NCBI GenBank assembly: GCA_965222615.1
Contig: CBDCUI010000009.1
Span: 320,001-384,000 of the forward strand
Source: Gammaproteobacteria bacterium
Lineage (GTDB): Bacteria > Pseudomonadota > Gammaproteobacteria > UBA4575
DNA: 64,000 bases
Direction of reading: 5' to 3'
The position numbers were made by a program, and so were the translations under genes. Below, piece after piece: positions 18,648 through 28,985 of this stretch. Within the stretch, counting starts at the first letter, position 1. Every line of letters starts with the position of its first letter. The notes under the pieces are model-generated. The model made no database searches. It was not told where the DNA came from and saw only the letters and a list, made by a program, of their open reading frames with translations.

Positions 18648-20024
18648 CTAGCAAATATTGCCTTCATATAAGTCGATTACAATTCGTCTAACGGCATGTG
18701 TGGCTTCGTTTATCTGTAATCCATATTGTTTGGCAACTAAGGTACCTATTTGTTCAATACTCCTGCTTCCGTCTATCGCCCCAATTACCTGTGCTTGAAG
18801 TAAATATCTAGATGCTTCGATTTCATACTGATTATGCTTTGGAATGGATTTATTCGTATCAAGTACCCAGTTAGGCAAATAATTATATTTGGGTGGTACC
18901 ATGGCATCTTTTATCTTTTTAACACAGAAGTTAAATACTTTCTCTGTCCGACCATTGGCACTTATAGGTGAGTTTAGATACTGAATTTCTTTGCGATTTG
19001 AAGCTACTATTTCAAAGCCGTTTTTTTCTAACAAATCCAGAACCTCTTTTTCACTATAGCACCAGGTTTGGTCGCTATGTAGAAATGCTAAAGATCCAGT
19101 ATTGACCCACCTTCCCCCTTTCTTCAAGATTTGATTAATACGCGGTATAAAATCTCTAAGGTTTTGTGGAACAATATCTATCAACCAAGGTGTCAACACC
19201 GTATCCAAGCTATGTGCTTGAAATGGTGGGTTCATCCCATCCGCAAATAGGTACAATATATTTTCCTTAATAGCTTCCGGTGCTTGACACTTTTGCAATG
19301 TTGCAAAGGAGTTTTCATCTAAGGGTGCTATGGGAAACTCGTACAAGGAAATATTATCACCTTGAATCGCCCGATTACCAGCGAACAAGAGTACCGGGTT
19401 GATATCTAATAATACTGAAAGTTTTGGAGAAAACTTTTTATGTATGTCATAGGAAAGCCGGCCTGTGCCTGCACCTAGAGTAAGTACTTTTCCGAGATCT
19501 CGTGGTTCATTTAGAACGCTTTCTACTGCTGCGAGTAATTGCTCATTTTCTCCATTATCCCAAGTCCAATCACGAAAAATATTATCGTAATAGCTTAATA
19601 AGCCTTGCACCTTAGGCACTTTTGCATAAAGCGCTTGTGTAGGATCAATTTGATTATCAAAATTTTCCTGTTCCAGCTCTAGAGGTGCGATCAAATCCAA
19701 TACCTGAGCTGTATGTGTTTGTTTGGCTTTAAAAATTTTAGTAATACGTTTTTGAGCAGCTTTGCTCAGGCGTTTATCTTTTAGGGCTGCTTTTAAGCGT
19801 TGTTGCTCTACCTCGTTTATATGTAAAAAGCCATTTAAGCGTGCTTTCCATTCCAGTAAAGACAGATTCGGGCTCTCAAATAACCAAGGGATACAGGCTT
19901 CCCCACTGATATATAAAGGAAAAGTAACCCCACAAGCAGAACACTCAAGCAAGCTATCTTGAATAAGTAAGGATGAGGCATTACTACGACATGTTGGACA
20001 TGCCATATCAGGCAATAGCTTCAA
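18648..20024 (-). CDS. SAM-dependent methyltransferase, N2227/carnosine N-methyltransferase-like, with N-terminal zinc ribbon (start uncertain, 20006-20129)
   Basis: CPTC...CSAC; FRDW; LGAGTGRL; TPWLID; ILKKGGRWVNTGSLAF. Confidence 0.75.
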   Translation of the reverse strand: MKLLPDMACPTCRSNASSLLIQDSLLECSACGVTFPLYISGEACIPWLFESPNLSLLEWKARLNGFLHINEVEQQRLKAALKDKRLSKAAQKRITKIFKAKQTHTAQVLDLIAPLELEQENFDNQIDPTQALYAKVPKVQGLLSYYDNIFRDWTWDNGENEQLLAAVESVLNEPRDLGKVLTLGAGTGRLSYDIHKKFSPKLSVLLDINPVLLFAGNRAIQGDNISLYEFPIAPLDENSFATLQKCQAPEAIKENILYLFADGMNPPFQAHSLDTVLTPWLIDIVPQNLRDFIPRINQILKKGGRWVNTGSLAFLHSDQTWCYSEKEVLDLLEKNGFEIVASNRKEIQYLNSPISANGRTEKVFNFCVKKIKDAMVPPKYNYLPNWVLDTNKSIPKHNQYEIEASRYLLQAQVIGAIDGSRSIEQIGTLVAKQYGLQINEATHAVRRIVIDLYEGNIC

Positions 20025-20176
20025 CCAGGCGGCGTTGTGCTGTTGCGTATAGTCGATTTGCGAAGCAGGTGTAGCGCTCAAGATCGTTTGAGGATGACAG
20101 TATGCGATAAAAACATTGTCGCGGCTCAAGCAATTCTTGTCATAGATTTTTGTCGCGTAAAATCCACCGGCTATAT

Positions 20177-20208
20177 AAAAAACGGGGTGATTTTAAATCA
20201 CCCCGTTT
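20177..20208 (-). terminator. Rho-independent terminator of the three-gene exported operon
   Basis: AAACGGGGTGATTT/AAATCACCCCGTTT inverted repeat with T tail on the minus strand. Confidence 0.85.
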
Positions 20209-20236
20209 CTAGAAGTACAATGTATATTATTGAATA

Positions 20237-21757
20237 TTATACTATTTGGTTAAATGCAATATGTTCAACACCTGGTGTAGCACCTAAAGTTGGATTACCT
20301 AACACATTTGCAAAGTTACCTTGCTCACCATGCAGTGCCATATAGTTTAATATACACAATTCGCTAAGCGTGGTTACACTATTCGCGTAAGGGCTGGAAC
20401 CGGTATCAACAGCACCATCTGCTTTAAAGTAACCGAGCTGTTGAGAGGCATTACCATTTCTCATAAGGCCTGCAGATGCGATGGCTGGACTGTACACAAA
20501 CATAATACTAGCTGCTCGTGAAGAATTATCTGAACGCCAGCGGAATTTTGTGGTGCCATTGCCATCATCTTCAGGATTATTCCGATCCGCCGAAACTGCC
20601 CCGTCACTGAAAACGTAAATCATTAAAGGTTTACCAAGTGCTGCGGCATATTCCAGTGACGCACCGATGACTTGACCAATTTTAAAGTCTTTACCATCGG
20701 TTTCTGGACGTGGATCTTGGTGATAATCACGACCACCGAATTCCATGGTGCCACATCCACCATAGCCGTTTACCACAACCTTCATGGTTGCTGCGGCTTT
20801 GCGGAAATCACCATCATTGCTAATTTCACCGTTAGGAAAGATATTAGTAAGAATTGCATCTGCCTCTGGATCTAAATCCGACGGCAAGATCGGTGAATTT
20901 AATGTAGCGACTGTCTGATCATACCCACATTGAATAAGTTCTTCTGTAGCTGTCGCTTCATTAATCACACCTAGTTTCAGCTGATTCAGGATTGCAGTTG
21001 CTGCTGCAACACGACCACTTGGAAACCCTTCAGTTTCACCACCACTAAGACTAATGGCTTGACTGCGATTGCTGACTCGAACTGGGCTCAGTGAAGCATC
21101 AATCATATACTCGGGTGCAGTAGAACGCCCACCGGTATCCGAATTACGTGTTCCAATGGTTGCCACAAACTCCCCATTGGCACCGGCTTTGGCGATACCA
21201 TAAATAGGATTATGCGGATTATCACCTGTATCGTTATCCGAACGAGCAGGAATTATTGAGCCATTCACATTAGCACGTGTTGCAGCGCTGGTTTTATCCA
21301 GCATGCCACGTAATAAGGCACTGTTCGGATGCATGGCTAACCCAAAAGAACGATCTACGCCAACATTTTGCGGTGCAATAGCTTGCGGTAAACCAAGTGT
21401 TTCATAACCGTCTGTAGGTATAAAATCTTCTTGGCCTCCCGCACCACCAACCATTACATTTGAACCTGCAATATTGGCACCGCCTCCTTGGTCAATTCCA
21501 ATAAATGGAATCTTACCTGCACCGATGAGACCGTTATTTTCACTGATCTCACAAGCGGCTTTGGCTTCTCTAGAAACTATCGTTGCTAGGCTTGGTAGAA
21601 GAATTGTACTAGTGCCGGCAATAAGTCCTCGTCCTAAGAACTCCCTGCGGGTAACAGGTCTACCATGACCGGTACGTCGGCATGAATCTTTGATGCGCTG
21701 CTCAAAGCGACGATGTGCCTCTTGCGCCCGTCGTTGTTGCTCTCTGTATTTCGCCAT
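20237..21757 (-). CDS. Tat-exported uncharacterised protein (DUF1501/DUF1552-like)
   Basis: GAGGT RBS + ATG at 21757; twin-arginine motif VTRREFLG, hydrophobic stretch and AKA cleavage site; conserved-looking DxGGG, GGRDYH and FSDG motifs. Confidence 0.65.
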   Translation of the reverse strand: MAKYREQQRRAQEAHRRFEQRIKDSCRRTGHGRPVTRREFLGRGLIAGTSTILLPSLATIVSREAKAACEISENNGLIGAGKIPFIGIDQGGGANIAGSNVMVGGAGGQEDFIPTDGYETLGLPQAIAPQNVGVDRSFGLAMHPNSALLRGMLDKTSAATRANVNGSIIPARSDNDTGDNPHNPIYGIAKAGANGEFVATIGTRNSDTGGRSTAPEYMIDASLSPVRVSNRSQAISLSGGETEGFPSGRVAAATAILNQLKLGVINEATATEELIQCGYDQTVATLNSPILPSDLDPEADAILTNIFPNGEISNDGDFRKAAATMKVVVNGYGGCGTMEFGGRDYHQDPRPETDGKDFKIGQVIGASLEYAAALGKPLMIYVFSDGAVSADRNNPEDDGNGTTKFRWRSDNSSRAASIMFVYSPAIASAGLMRNGNASQQLGYFKADGAVDTGSSPYANSVTTLSELCILNYMALHGEQGNFANVLGNPTLGATPGVEHIAFNQIV

Positions 21758-21778
21758 TGTTGTTACCTCACTAGCCAA

Positions 21779-23920
21779 TTAATTAATCGTTATTGCACTA
21801 CTTGCTAAAGCAGCAGTACACACAGCTTGTAAAACTTGGCGTCCTGCAGCATCGTTACAACCGTTTGCACAGTTCAAGTCATTCATCATTGCAACGAACT
21901 CTGCAATAGTTGCTGTACGATCTGGCTGATTTACCAAGTTGTTACCTATGATCTTGTCATACACGGTCCCAGCAATTGCATCCTTCTCGCCTACTTCAAT
22001 TGCACAGTTACCGTCATTAAAGAAGTTTCTGCAGCGAGCATTGTTATTATTACCAACGACTTCGCCACAGTATGTAGTCGCAAGACGTTGAATCGCAATC
22101 TGGTTTGCACCAGCAAAGCCTAATACATTAGAAGTTGGTGGCAATGAATCTCTCAATTCGTTGTACCGATTGCGAACGTCGCTATCGTTCTGACTGATTC
22201 CAGTAAGTGCAGCCATAGTATCGTGCACTTGTGAGAAGATACGTACACCCGCATCTGGCTCTTCGACATCAACCGGATCTGCAGGAGGCACTCCAGGACC
22301 TATCGCTTCTGTGGTACCTATCTGTCCTCCGAGTACTTCAAACTCAAGGTGGAATTGGTCTAATTCCATGCCTAGATCTGATGCAATTAACGCACCTAGA
22401 GGTGAAATTTCTTGTCCAGACTGCATCACTGTCATGTCAACACGTCTAAATACTTGCATTGCCACGGGTACATTGTTGTTGATTCCGATGCGCATATTTT
22501 TCACTGCGATACCCGTTGCATCCGATACAAGTTTTGGTCTTGCAAATACGTATGCAAATGGATCTATTTGATAGGCTTGCATCTCAATATAACCTGGAGC
22601 GCCTAAGATGTTGGCAACATCGAATCGAAGTGCAGTGATTGCACCTGCTCCAGCTTCAAAGTTTTGAGAAATTTCTGCCCCATTGAGTGCTTTGTTATGG
22701 ATGGCAACCATCTTGAAAACACCTCTCCATAAGCGATTGTTGGTGGCTTCATTACCTAAGATGAAGAAATTATCATCCTGCCAATTCAGCATATCGCCTT
22801 GGACAGCCTCTTCTGCGACCAATTGACCATTTACATAAATTTTGCGTCCGCCCTGCATGTTGTCATAGGTCATGACTACATGGGTTAGTTCTGTATTCAA
22901 TACGCCATCCTCAGTGCGTAACTCTGGATTACTTCCATTAGGCGTGTTATTCAAAGTTTGTACACGTGAGATGTACTGTGTGTTGGTTTGCCCCAAAGTG
23001 AAATTACGTCGGCCGGTATCGATTGAATAAGAAACGATACGTGCAGGACCAGTTTGATTATCTGCTTCTGGAATTACCCACGCCTCTACACTGAACTGGT
23101 TTCCACCAGCCAGTAAGTTAAAGAGTTTTTGGCTATCGGTTAAGGATGCCTGAGCTTTACCGGAAACGTTACGTAAGCCACCTTGCGGGTCCCATTCGGT
23201 GCCTTCAAGGTTTAAGGTCATATCGGCGCCAACATTGCTGGTACCCACGGTGGTGTTACCGGTTCCTTCTGCAAAATTAAACACAGTAATCATGTTTGCA
23301 TCTGCACGTGCAACAGACCCTTCTACAGCTTGTGAGAAGTTTGTCGTTGCACTCGCAACCACATTATTTCCACCGCCATTACCACCACCGGCATTTGCTT
23401 GTGCAGCCCAACTCTGAATTGCAATAAGATATTCTGCAGCAATTCTACTGCATTCTGCTCCACAGTTATGATTAGTAAGTGGTCTTTGATACACGCTTGA
23501 TTGGTTTGGAACTGCCAAATTTACCAGCCCTTGACCCGTTATGACTGCATAAGAAGCCGCGGGATCAGCCAATGCAAAATCGACCGCAAGTGAAATTAGA
23601 GGATTATCGTGACACGTTGTACAAAAATTCTCTGGCTTCCTGATTTCTGGATGAAGTGTTGCAGCAAAAATTGCTTGATCATTCGCGGGTGGAGGTGTGA
23701 CGGGAGGATCCACTGGATTTGGCATTGGATCACCACCACCAGTTCCGTTACCGCCTGAATTTCCAGCAGTTTGTGGTGCTGGGTCATCAGAACCGCTATC
23801 ACCACCGCAAGCAGTTAAAGCAAACGCCAGCAAGATCATGCAAACCCATTGTAGTGTATAACTACGCGATTTTGGCGCTTCATTGCTGCTACGTTGAAAT
23901 AAGTAATTATTCTGACTCAT
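21779..23920 (-). CDS. Lipoprotein with c-type heme motif and LamG/concanavalin-like domain
   Basis: AGGAG RBS + ATG at 23920; lipobox LTAC; G/P-rich linker; CTTCH; LamG motifs FSVEAWV, THVVMTYD, IYVNG, VAIHNKAL. Confidence 0.75.
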   Translation of the reverse strand: MSQNNYLFQRSSNEAPKSRSYTLQWVCMILLAFALTACGGDSGSDDPAPQTAGNSGGNGTGGGDPMPNPVDPPVTPPPANDQAIFAATLHPEIRKPENFCTTCHDNPLISLAVDFALADPAASYAVITGQGLVNLAVPNQSSVYQRPLTNHNCGAECSRIAAEYLIAIQSWAAQANAGGGNGGGNNVVASATTNFSQAVEGSVARADANMITVFNFAEGTGNTTVGTSNVGADMTLNLEGTEWDPQGGLRNVSGKAQASLTDSQKLFNLLAGGNQFSVEAWVIPEADNQTGPARIVSYSIDTGRRNFTLGQTNTQYISRVQTLNNTPNGSNPELRTEDGVLNTELTHVVMTYDNMQGGRKIYVNGQLVAEEAVQGDMLNWQDDNFFILGNEATNNRLWRGVFKMVAIHNKALNGAEISQNFEAGAGAITALRFDVANILGAPGYIEMQAYQIDPFAYVFARPKLVSDATGIAVKNMRIGINNNVPVAMQVFRRVDMTVMQSGQEISPLGALIASDLGMELDQFHLEFEVLGGQIGTTEAIGPGVPPADPVDVEEPDAGVRIFSQVHDTMAALTGISQNDSDVRNRYNELRDSLPPTSNVLGFAGANQIAIQRLATTYCGEVVGNNNNARCRNFFNDGNCAIEVGEKDAIAGTVYDKIIGNNLVNQPDRTATIAEFVAMMNDLNCANGCNDAAGRQVLQAVCTAALASSAITIN

Positions 23921-23964
23921 AACATTTCTCCTAAATGGCATACCTAATTTGTTGGACAACACTG

Positions 23965-25146
23965 TTAGTTACCCATGCAATAAGCAGCCGTCTCAGCAAA
24001 GACTCGCTTCATGCTGCGGTTATTCGCCTCAAAAATATTGGCAATGTTTCGAACAGCTGCCACGTCTGCAGGTCCATTGGGACTGCGATGACAAACTTTT
24101 TCGAAAGCTTTTTTAACTTGGCACTCTGAGAATTGACGCGTTTGCGCGATCTCTACACCCAAACTTTTAGCTCCAGTACCAACTCCATCATTAGGCCCAT
24201 TCCAGCCTACCCATGAACTAGGGCCAGCTCGCCAATAATTAACCCAAGAGTCACCTTGAGTTACATAACCCGTAGGAAAGGTGCCTGCTGCTTGCAAATA
24301 CTTAGGCTGTACTACCCCTGCTGTATAGACAAGTTGTTGTGTGTCTTCGTCAAAATCGTAATAAGCAAATGCACCAGCGAGACCATCCATACCTGCATGG
24401 CAAGTGAGACAATCATTCATAAATATCTTGCTATCTCCACCAGGAGAACGAGTGACATCTTGTCGTACGCGATTTGGATAGGCGGATTTATCGCGGAACC
24501 CATCTATACCCATACACATAAAGTTTAATGTTGCGAAGTTAAGTGCCGCACGGTTAGTTCCAGCAACTAAAAATGCTTCGGCAAAACCACGCGTAGTCAT
24601 AACTCCTGCAGTTTCACCAGAGCCTAGTTGGTCATTTAAGGCAGACTGATTCATGGGAACCAGCATCGCTGGATCACTTAAATCCCTGCGTCTGTTCTGC
24701 AAATCTACGTAGTGATCATTATTATTAGTGGCATATGCAACATCCGTTGCAGCTGCCGAACCAACATACACCGTGTCTGTAGATAAAATTTGATCAAAAG
24801 GAATATCATCTCGAACAAATCCCATCACAGTTGCGGTGGAATCGTTCAGATCACGATAAACAGACTGATCACGATTGGTCCATGGTGTGGCCCAATCTTT
24901 AATAGTTGTATTAATGAAAGCGGGATTATCCATCGCTTCCATTGCTGCACCGATTGCATCTCCGCCTTGAATTTTAGCAGTCATCGAACTCAGTACAGCT
25001 TCTGTAGGAGGCACACCAGTAAGCCGGTCATGCATTCTTTTGGCTTGCTCACGCGGACCTGCGATAGAAACCGACATGCTCGCAATACCTATTAAAAAGA
25101 TAAACGCGCTAAATGCGCTAATTAATTTTTGTCTACTTAAATGCAT
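23965..25146 (-). CDS. Exported c-type cytochrome-like protein (DUF1588/DUF1585-like)
   Basis: Sec signal; AGVMTTRGF; CLTCHAGMDGLAGAFAYYD; FSECQVKKAF. Confidence 0.7.
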   Translation of the reverse strand: MHLSRQKLISAFSAFIFLIGIASMSVSIAGPREQAKRMHDRLTGVPPTEAVLSSMTAKIQGGDAIGAAMEAMDNPAFINTTIKDWATPWTNRDQSVYRDLNDSTATVMGFVRDDIPFDQILSTDTVYVGSAAATDVAYATNNNDHYVDLQNRRRDLSDPAMLVPMNQSALNDQLGSGETAGVMTTRGFAEAFLVAGTNRAALNFATLNFMCMGIDGFRDKSAYPNRVRQDVTRSPGGDSKIFMNDCLTCHAGMDGLAGAFAYYDFDEDTQQLVYTAGVVQPKYLQAAGTFPTGYVTQGDSWVNYWRAGPSSWVGWNGPNDGVGTGAKSLGVEIAQTRQFSECQVKKAFEKVCHRSPNGPADVAAVRNIANIFEANNRSMKRVFAETAAYCMGN

Positions 25147-25629
25147 TGTTGCACCTCTCGTATTTAAACTTTCATATCGATTAACTTCTTAACGCAACAA
25201 CTGCTGCGTAAGCTTATCGACAGCCATATCCCGGACTGTTGTGTTGGAATTTAAGAAAGAACGAAACGAAAAGTGACGAATTATTATCTCTACAGTGAAT
25301 TCAAATATATTTCGATTCACTACTGTTAAGATAAATACAACCCCCTAATAGCTAGCAGTAATTACTTCATGTATTTTTACTGCACGACAAGATTGCCGTT
25401 TCATTGTTCCAAACTCCAGGTACAAATAGTGAACTTAAAAATTTAAAACAATGCTTAAGGCACGATGGATGGATAGTTTTAACCTATGAATGGTAATTGA
25501 CAAAAAATGAAAATTAAATCTTCTAGATATCAATACGTTAACATTGCATAAGAAAAAATACTTAATTAAAAGTTTTTAGATTAAATCAATTTTAAGAAAA
25601 TAACGTTATGAATCTAAGAAAAATTACTA

Positions 25630-25651
25630 TAATGTGATCAAAGCCACGTTT
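25630..25651. promoter_or_regulatory. CRP-like binding site upstream of the cytochrome/LamG operon
   Basis: TAATGTGA-TCAAAG-CCACGTTT resembles TGTGA-N6-TCACA. Confidence 0.4.
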
Positions 25652-25714
25652 TTAAAAACTCTTATTTCTAATGCGGGCGATTTACTGCACACAGTAACAA
25701 TTAATAACAATTAA

Positions 25715-26161
25715 TTAGATAGGCTCAACCTTTAAAACAGTACCATCTAATGAAACCACTTTAATCTTTTGCCCGGCTTCTGTATCCGGACCATTAATCT
25801 TCCACATCGTATCATCCACATGGATTTTGCCATAATTGTTGACGATGGCTTCATTTAAAGTAAATACTCGCCCAACTAATTCTTCACCACGCTTGTTTAA
25901 AGTTGGGTAAGCATTTTTTTCAGGAACTTTTTTCCGATACTGTCGCCAAGCAAGAATAGATAACAAAGAAAGTACAGAAAACAAAGTGATCTGTATCTGC
26001 CAACTCAAATCAGGTAATACAAGTAATAAGATACCCAGTACTGCAGCCGAGACACCAAACCAAATGAAAATGGCGCCTGGTGCAAAAATCTCAATGACTA
26101 TAAAAATAATCCCCAATATCCACCAATGCCAATACTGAAGATTTATTAAAAACTCATTCAT
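25715..26161 (-). CDS. NfeD family membrane protein (YbbJ-like)
   Basis: WWILG...EIFAPG, LNKRG, GKIHVDDTMW; follows the SPFH gene. Confidence 0.9.
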   Translation of the reverse strand: MNEFLINLQYWHWWILGIIFIVIEIFAPGAIFIWFGVSAAVLGILLLVLPDLSWQIQITLFSVLSLLSILAWRQYRKKVPEKNAYPTLNKRGEELVGRVFTLNEAIVNNYGKIHVDDTMWKINGPDTEAGQKIKVVSLDGTVLKVEPI

Positions 26162-26191
26162 TTGAAACTATCCTTATAATATATCCGTATT

Positions 26192-27109
26192 TTACTCACT
26201 TTTATCTGTTAAGACCGTTTTGGCAATTTCGGCAATACCACCGACAGATCCAATTAAACTGGTAGCCTCAAGTGGTAGCATGACCACCTTTTGATTTTGC
26301 GCCGAACCTATAGTAGCCAATGCATCTACATATTTCGTTGCAACAAAGTAATTCACGGCTTGAATATCACCTTTGGCAATCGCCTCTGAAACCATTTCTG
26401 TTGCATTTGCTTCAGCTTTCGCCAAAGTCTCGCGTGCTGCGGCATCACGTTTAGCCGCCTCTAGTCGGCCATCTGCATCTAAAATAGCTGCCTGCTTCTC
26501 GCCCTCTGCACGCAAAATCTCGGATTGCTTTACGCCTTCAGAAGTTAGAATCTCAGCACGCTTATCACGCTCGGCCTTCATTTGTCTCGCCATCGAGTCC
26601 ACCAAGTCTTGTGGAGGTGCAATATCTTTAATTTCGATACGTGTGACTTTCACTCCCCAAGGTGAGGTCGCTTCATCCACTACGTGCAACAACTCTGCAT
26701 TAATTTTATCGCGCTTCGATAATGATTCATCCAAGTCCATAGAACCCAATACTGTACGTATATTGGTCATGGTCAGATTCAGGGTTGCACGTTCTAAATT
26801 ATTGACGTTGTACGAGGATTTCACCGGATCTAATACTTGGTAAAACACTACTCCGTCCACGCGTACTACCGCATTATCCTTGGTGATCACTTCCTGAGAA
26901 GGTACATCGAGAACACGTTCTTTCATATTGACTTTATTACTAATTCTATCAAACACCGGAATGATAAATCGCAGCCCAGGCTGTAAGGTTTTGCGATATC
27001 TGCCAAACCGCTCCACCGTCCACTCAAAGCCCTGTGGCACACGCTTAGCGGTCATCGTCACTACTACCGCTGCAAATACTAAAATGGCAATGACTAGCTC
27101 AACTGGCAT
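26192..27109 (-). CDS. qmcA: SPFH/stomatin-like protein QmcA
   Basis: [33 protein letters not shown]. Confidence 0.92.
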   Translation of the reverse strand: MPVELVIAILVFAAVVVTMTAKRVPQGFEWTVERFGRYRKTLQPGLRFIIPVFDRISNKVNMKERVLDVPSQEVITKDNAVVRVDGVVFYQVLDPVKSSYNVNNLERATLNLTMTNIRTVLGSMDLDESLSKRDKINAELLHVVDEATSPWGVKVTRIEIKDIAPPQDLVDSMARQMKAERDKRAEILTSEGVKQSEILRAEGEKQAAILDADGRLEAAKRDAAARETLAKAEANATEMVSEAIAKGDIQAVNYFVATKYVDALATIGSAQNQKVVMLPLEATSLIGSVGGIAEIAKTVLTDKSE

Positions 27110-27247
27110 AAATCCTCCTTTTTACGTAAATATATGGTTTTGAACGTAACGATATGTTTACATATTTTTACAATTATTTCAAGAAAATTCGTAATCATAC
27201 GTTACACTTGTTAATATATATTTACTTTAATAAATTATAAGTTATGT

Positions 27248-27538
27248 ATGGAAACAGTAATAAAATCCCAAGCTTCTTATCTCCACGATCCTAAGTGGGC
27301 CACCGCAGTTTCTCGTCTGGTCAAAGCCCAAATGGCATCCACCGGCACCACTTATGCCGACTTAAGCAAAAAACTCCAAGAGGTTGGTACTTCCCAATCG
27401 CCAGAGAACTTAAGAGTAAAAATCAACCGTGGTAATTTTGGAGCACAGCTACTTGTACAATTGTTTTTAGTAATGGATAAAACCGATATCGATCTCAAAG
27501 ACATGGAAAAATATATCTTTACTGATAACTCAAATTAA
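27248..27538 (+). CDS. Small HTH-like protein (DUF6471-like)
   Basis: LVKAQM...TYADLSKKL...NLRVKINRGNF pattern. Confidence 0.65.
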   Translation: METVIKSQASYLHDPKWATAVSRLVKAQMASTGTTYADLSKKLQEVGTSQSPENLRVKINRGNFGAQLLVQLFLVMDKTDIDLKDMEKYIFTDNSN

Positions 27539-27715
27539 ATACATACAGCATATGCACCTACTGGCCTGACTTTTCAATGGCTTACTTACCCCATTGTCTT
27601 TAGGGCTTTACTCAATAATGCTTTTCACCCCCTCAAATACACCTTTTATCCGCTATTAGACCCAACTCAACCCGATGTCGGTAACAATAAGTAGCTACTT
27701 GTTATAGGGACTTAT

Positions 27716-28360
27716 TTGTTAAGGAGAACAGTCTTGTATAAAAGACTCCCAATCATTTTGCTTGTGTTTCTTATGCCTTTGTTAGGCCTTGCTGATCAAA
27801 AGAGCCCTCATCAAATCATTCAAGAGACTGGTGAACAAGTGCTTACCGTACTAAAGCAAGATGAAAAAGCTATACGAGCCAATCCAAACAAAATAAATGA
27901 TTTGATAAATCAAATAATTTTGCCAGTTTGTGACCTAGAAAGAATGAGTAAATACATTCTTGCAAAACACTGGAAAACAGCAAGTATTGATCAACGTACG
28001 AAATTTACCAATGAATTTATGCAGATGCTAATTCGTACTTACGGAAAACACCTAGTTGAATATTCAAATGCGACTTTCACCGTTTTACCTGAGAAAAATA
28101 CGGAAAAAAAATTGTATGAAACTGTAAACACAGAACTCAATCTAAAAAATGGTTCGAAACCATTACAAATCTCCTATGTTTTTAGGACGTCAGATGACGT
28201 ATCGAAGATAGTTGATGTACGTGTTGAAGGAATGAGCATACTAAGAACCTTCCGTACCGCTTTTACTTATGAAATAGCAGAAACATCTTTAGATGAATTA
28301 ATCGAACGCATTGCTAATACAAATAGACCTTCTCTAGCCCTACATACTGCATCAAATTAA
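27716..28360 (+). CDS. MlaC/Ttg2D phospholipid-binding periplasmic protein
   Basis: LAKHWKTAS..QR..F, LIRTY, KIVDVRVEGMS. Confidence 0.85.
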   Translation: MLRRTVLYKRLPIILLVFLMPLLGLADQKSPHQIIQETGEQVLTVLKQDEKAIRANPNKINDLINQIILPVCDLERMSKYILAKHWKTASIDQRTKFTNEFMQMLIRTYGKHLVEYSNATFTVLPEKNTEKKLYETVNTELNLKNGSKPLQISYVFRTSDDVSKIVDVRVEGMSILRTFRTAFTYEIAETSLDELIERIANTNRPSLALHTASN

Positions 28361-28672
28361 TCATTAAGCGAGCAGCTTATATTGCTCCTTATTATTTCCT
28401 ATTCTATAGAACCCTCTGCCCGTGTAAATGTGTAACTAAGAAGTGGGTGGAAATTATGTAGTCAAATTTCCGTCTTTCCTACATACCCAGTTCAAGCTAA
28501 AAACAAGTAAAAATAATATAACTCGTCAACATGAGTGCTCACGCTCAATATTAATTGATGCATAAATCAGCTAATTGGTAAATTTTTTAAGTGTAAGCGG
28601 TGTAATAGCTCGGCTAATATTCAAGATACAATACTCTCTTCACCGATTAGTAGGTCTAGGTGGTATCTCTTA

Positions 28673-28927
28673 GTGTCACATGCTCAAACAACACTTGATG
28701 AAGATAGCATTATCACAAACGTTGAGCCTATATTTGTTTCTCACTACAAATGCGAAATTGGAAGTTCCCCTACCTTAATCGAACTTAAACAGTATCTAGT
28801 CAGTCTTACCTCCGATAAATTAATTTCAATATTGAAAAGCTCAGATTCATTGACTTTCAAATCAATGTCTGCTCATGAGTTACTAGCAATCATTAACATC
28901 TATGTTCGCAAGCTACGTGTTTGGTAA
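28673..28927 (+). CDS. Hypothetical protein
   Basis: 84-aa ORF filling a gap; no motif. Confidence 0.4.
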   Translation: MSHAQTTLDEDSIITNVEPIFVSHYKCEIGSSPTLIELKQYLVSLTSDKLISILKSSDSLTFKSMSAHELLAIINIYVRKLRVW

Positions 28928-28985
28928 TTAGCACTATCGCGTAAGGTGCGAGTGCAGGTAGAATGTTTTTATTTGCACGCCCGTA

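Noticed and set aside
20237-21757. Type II secretion component
   Set aside because: No polytopic membrane segments, has a Tat motif, and no T2SS genes nearby
26373-26843. 156-aa plus-strand ORF, and similar shadows at 34135, 37451, 48724 and 57679
   Set aside because: Antisense shadows of well-supported genes
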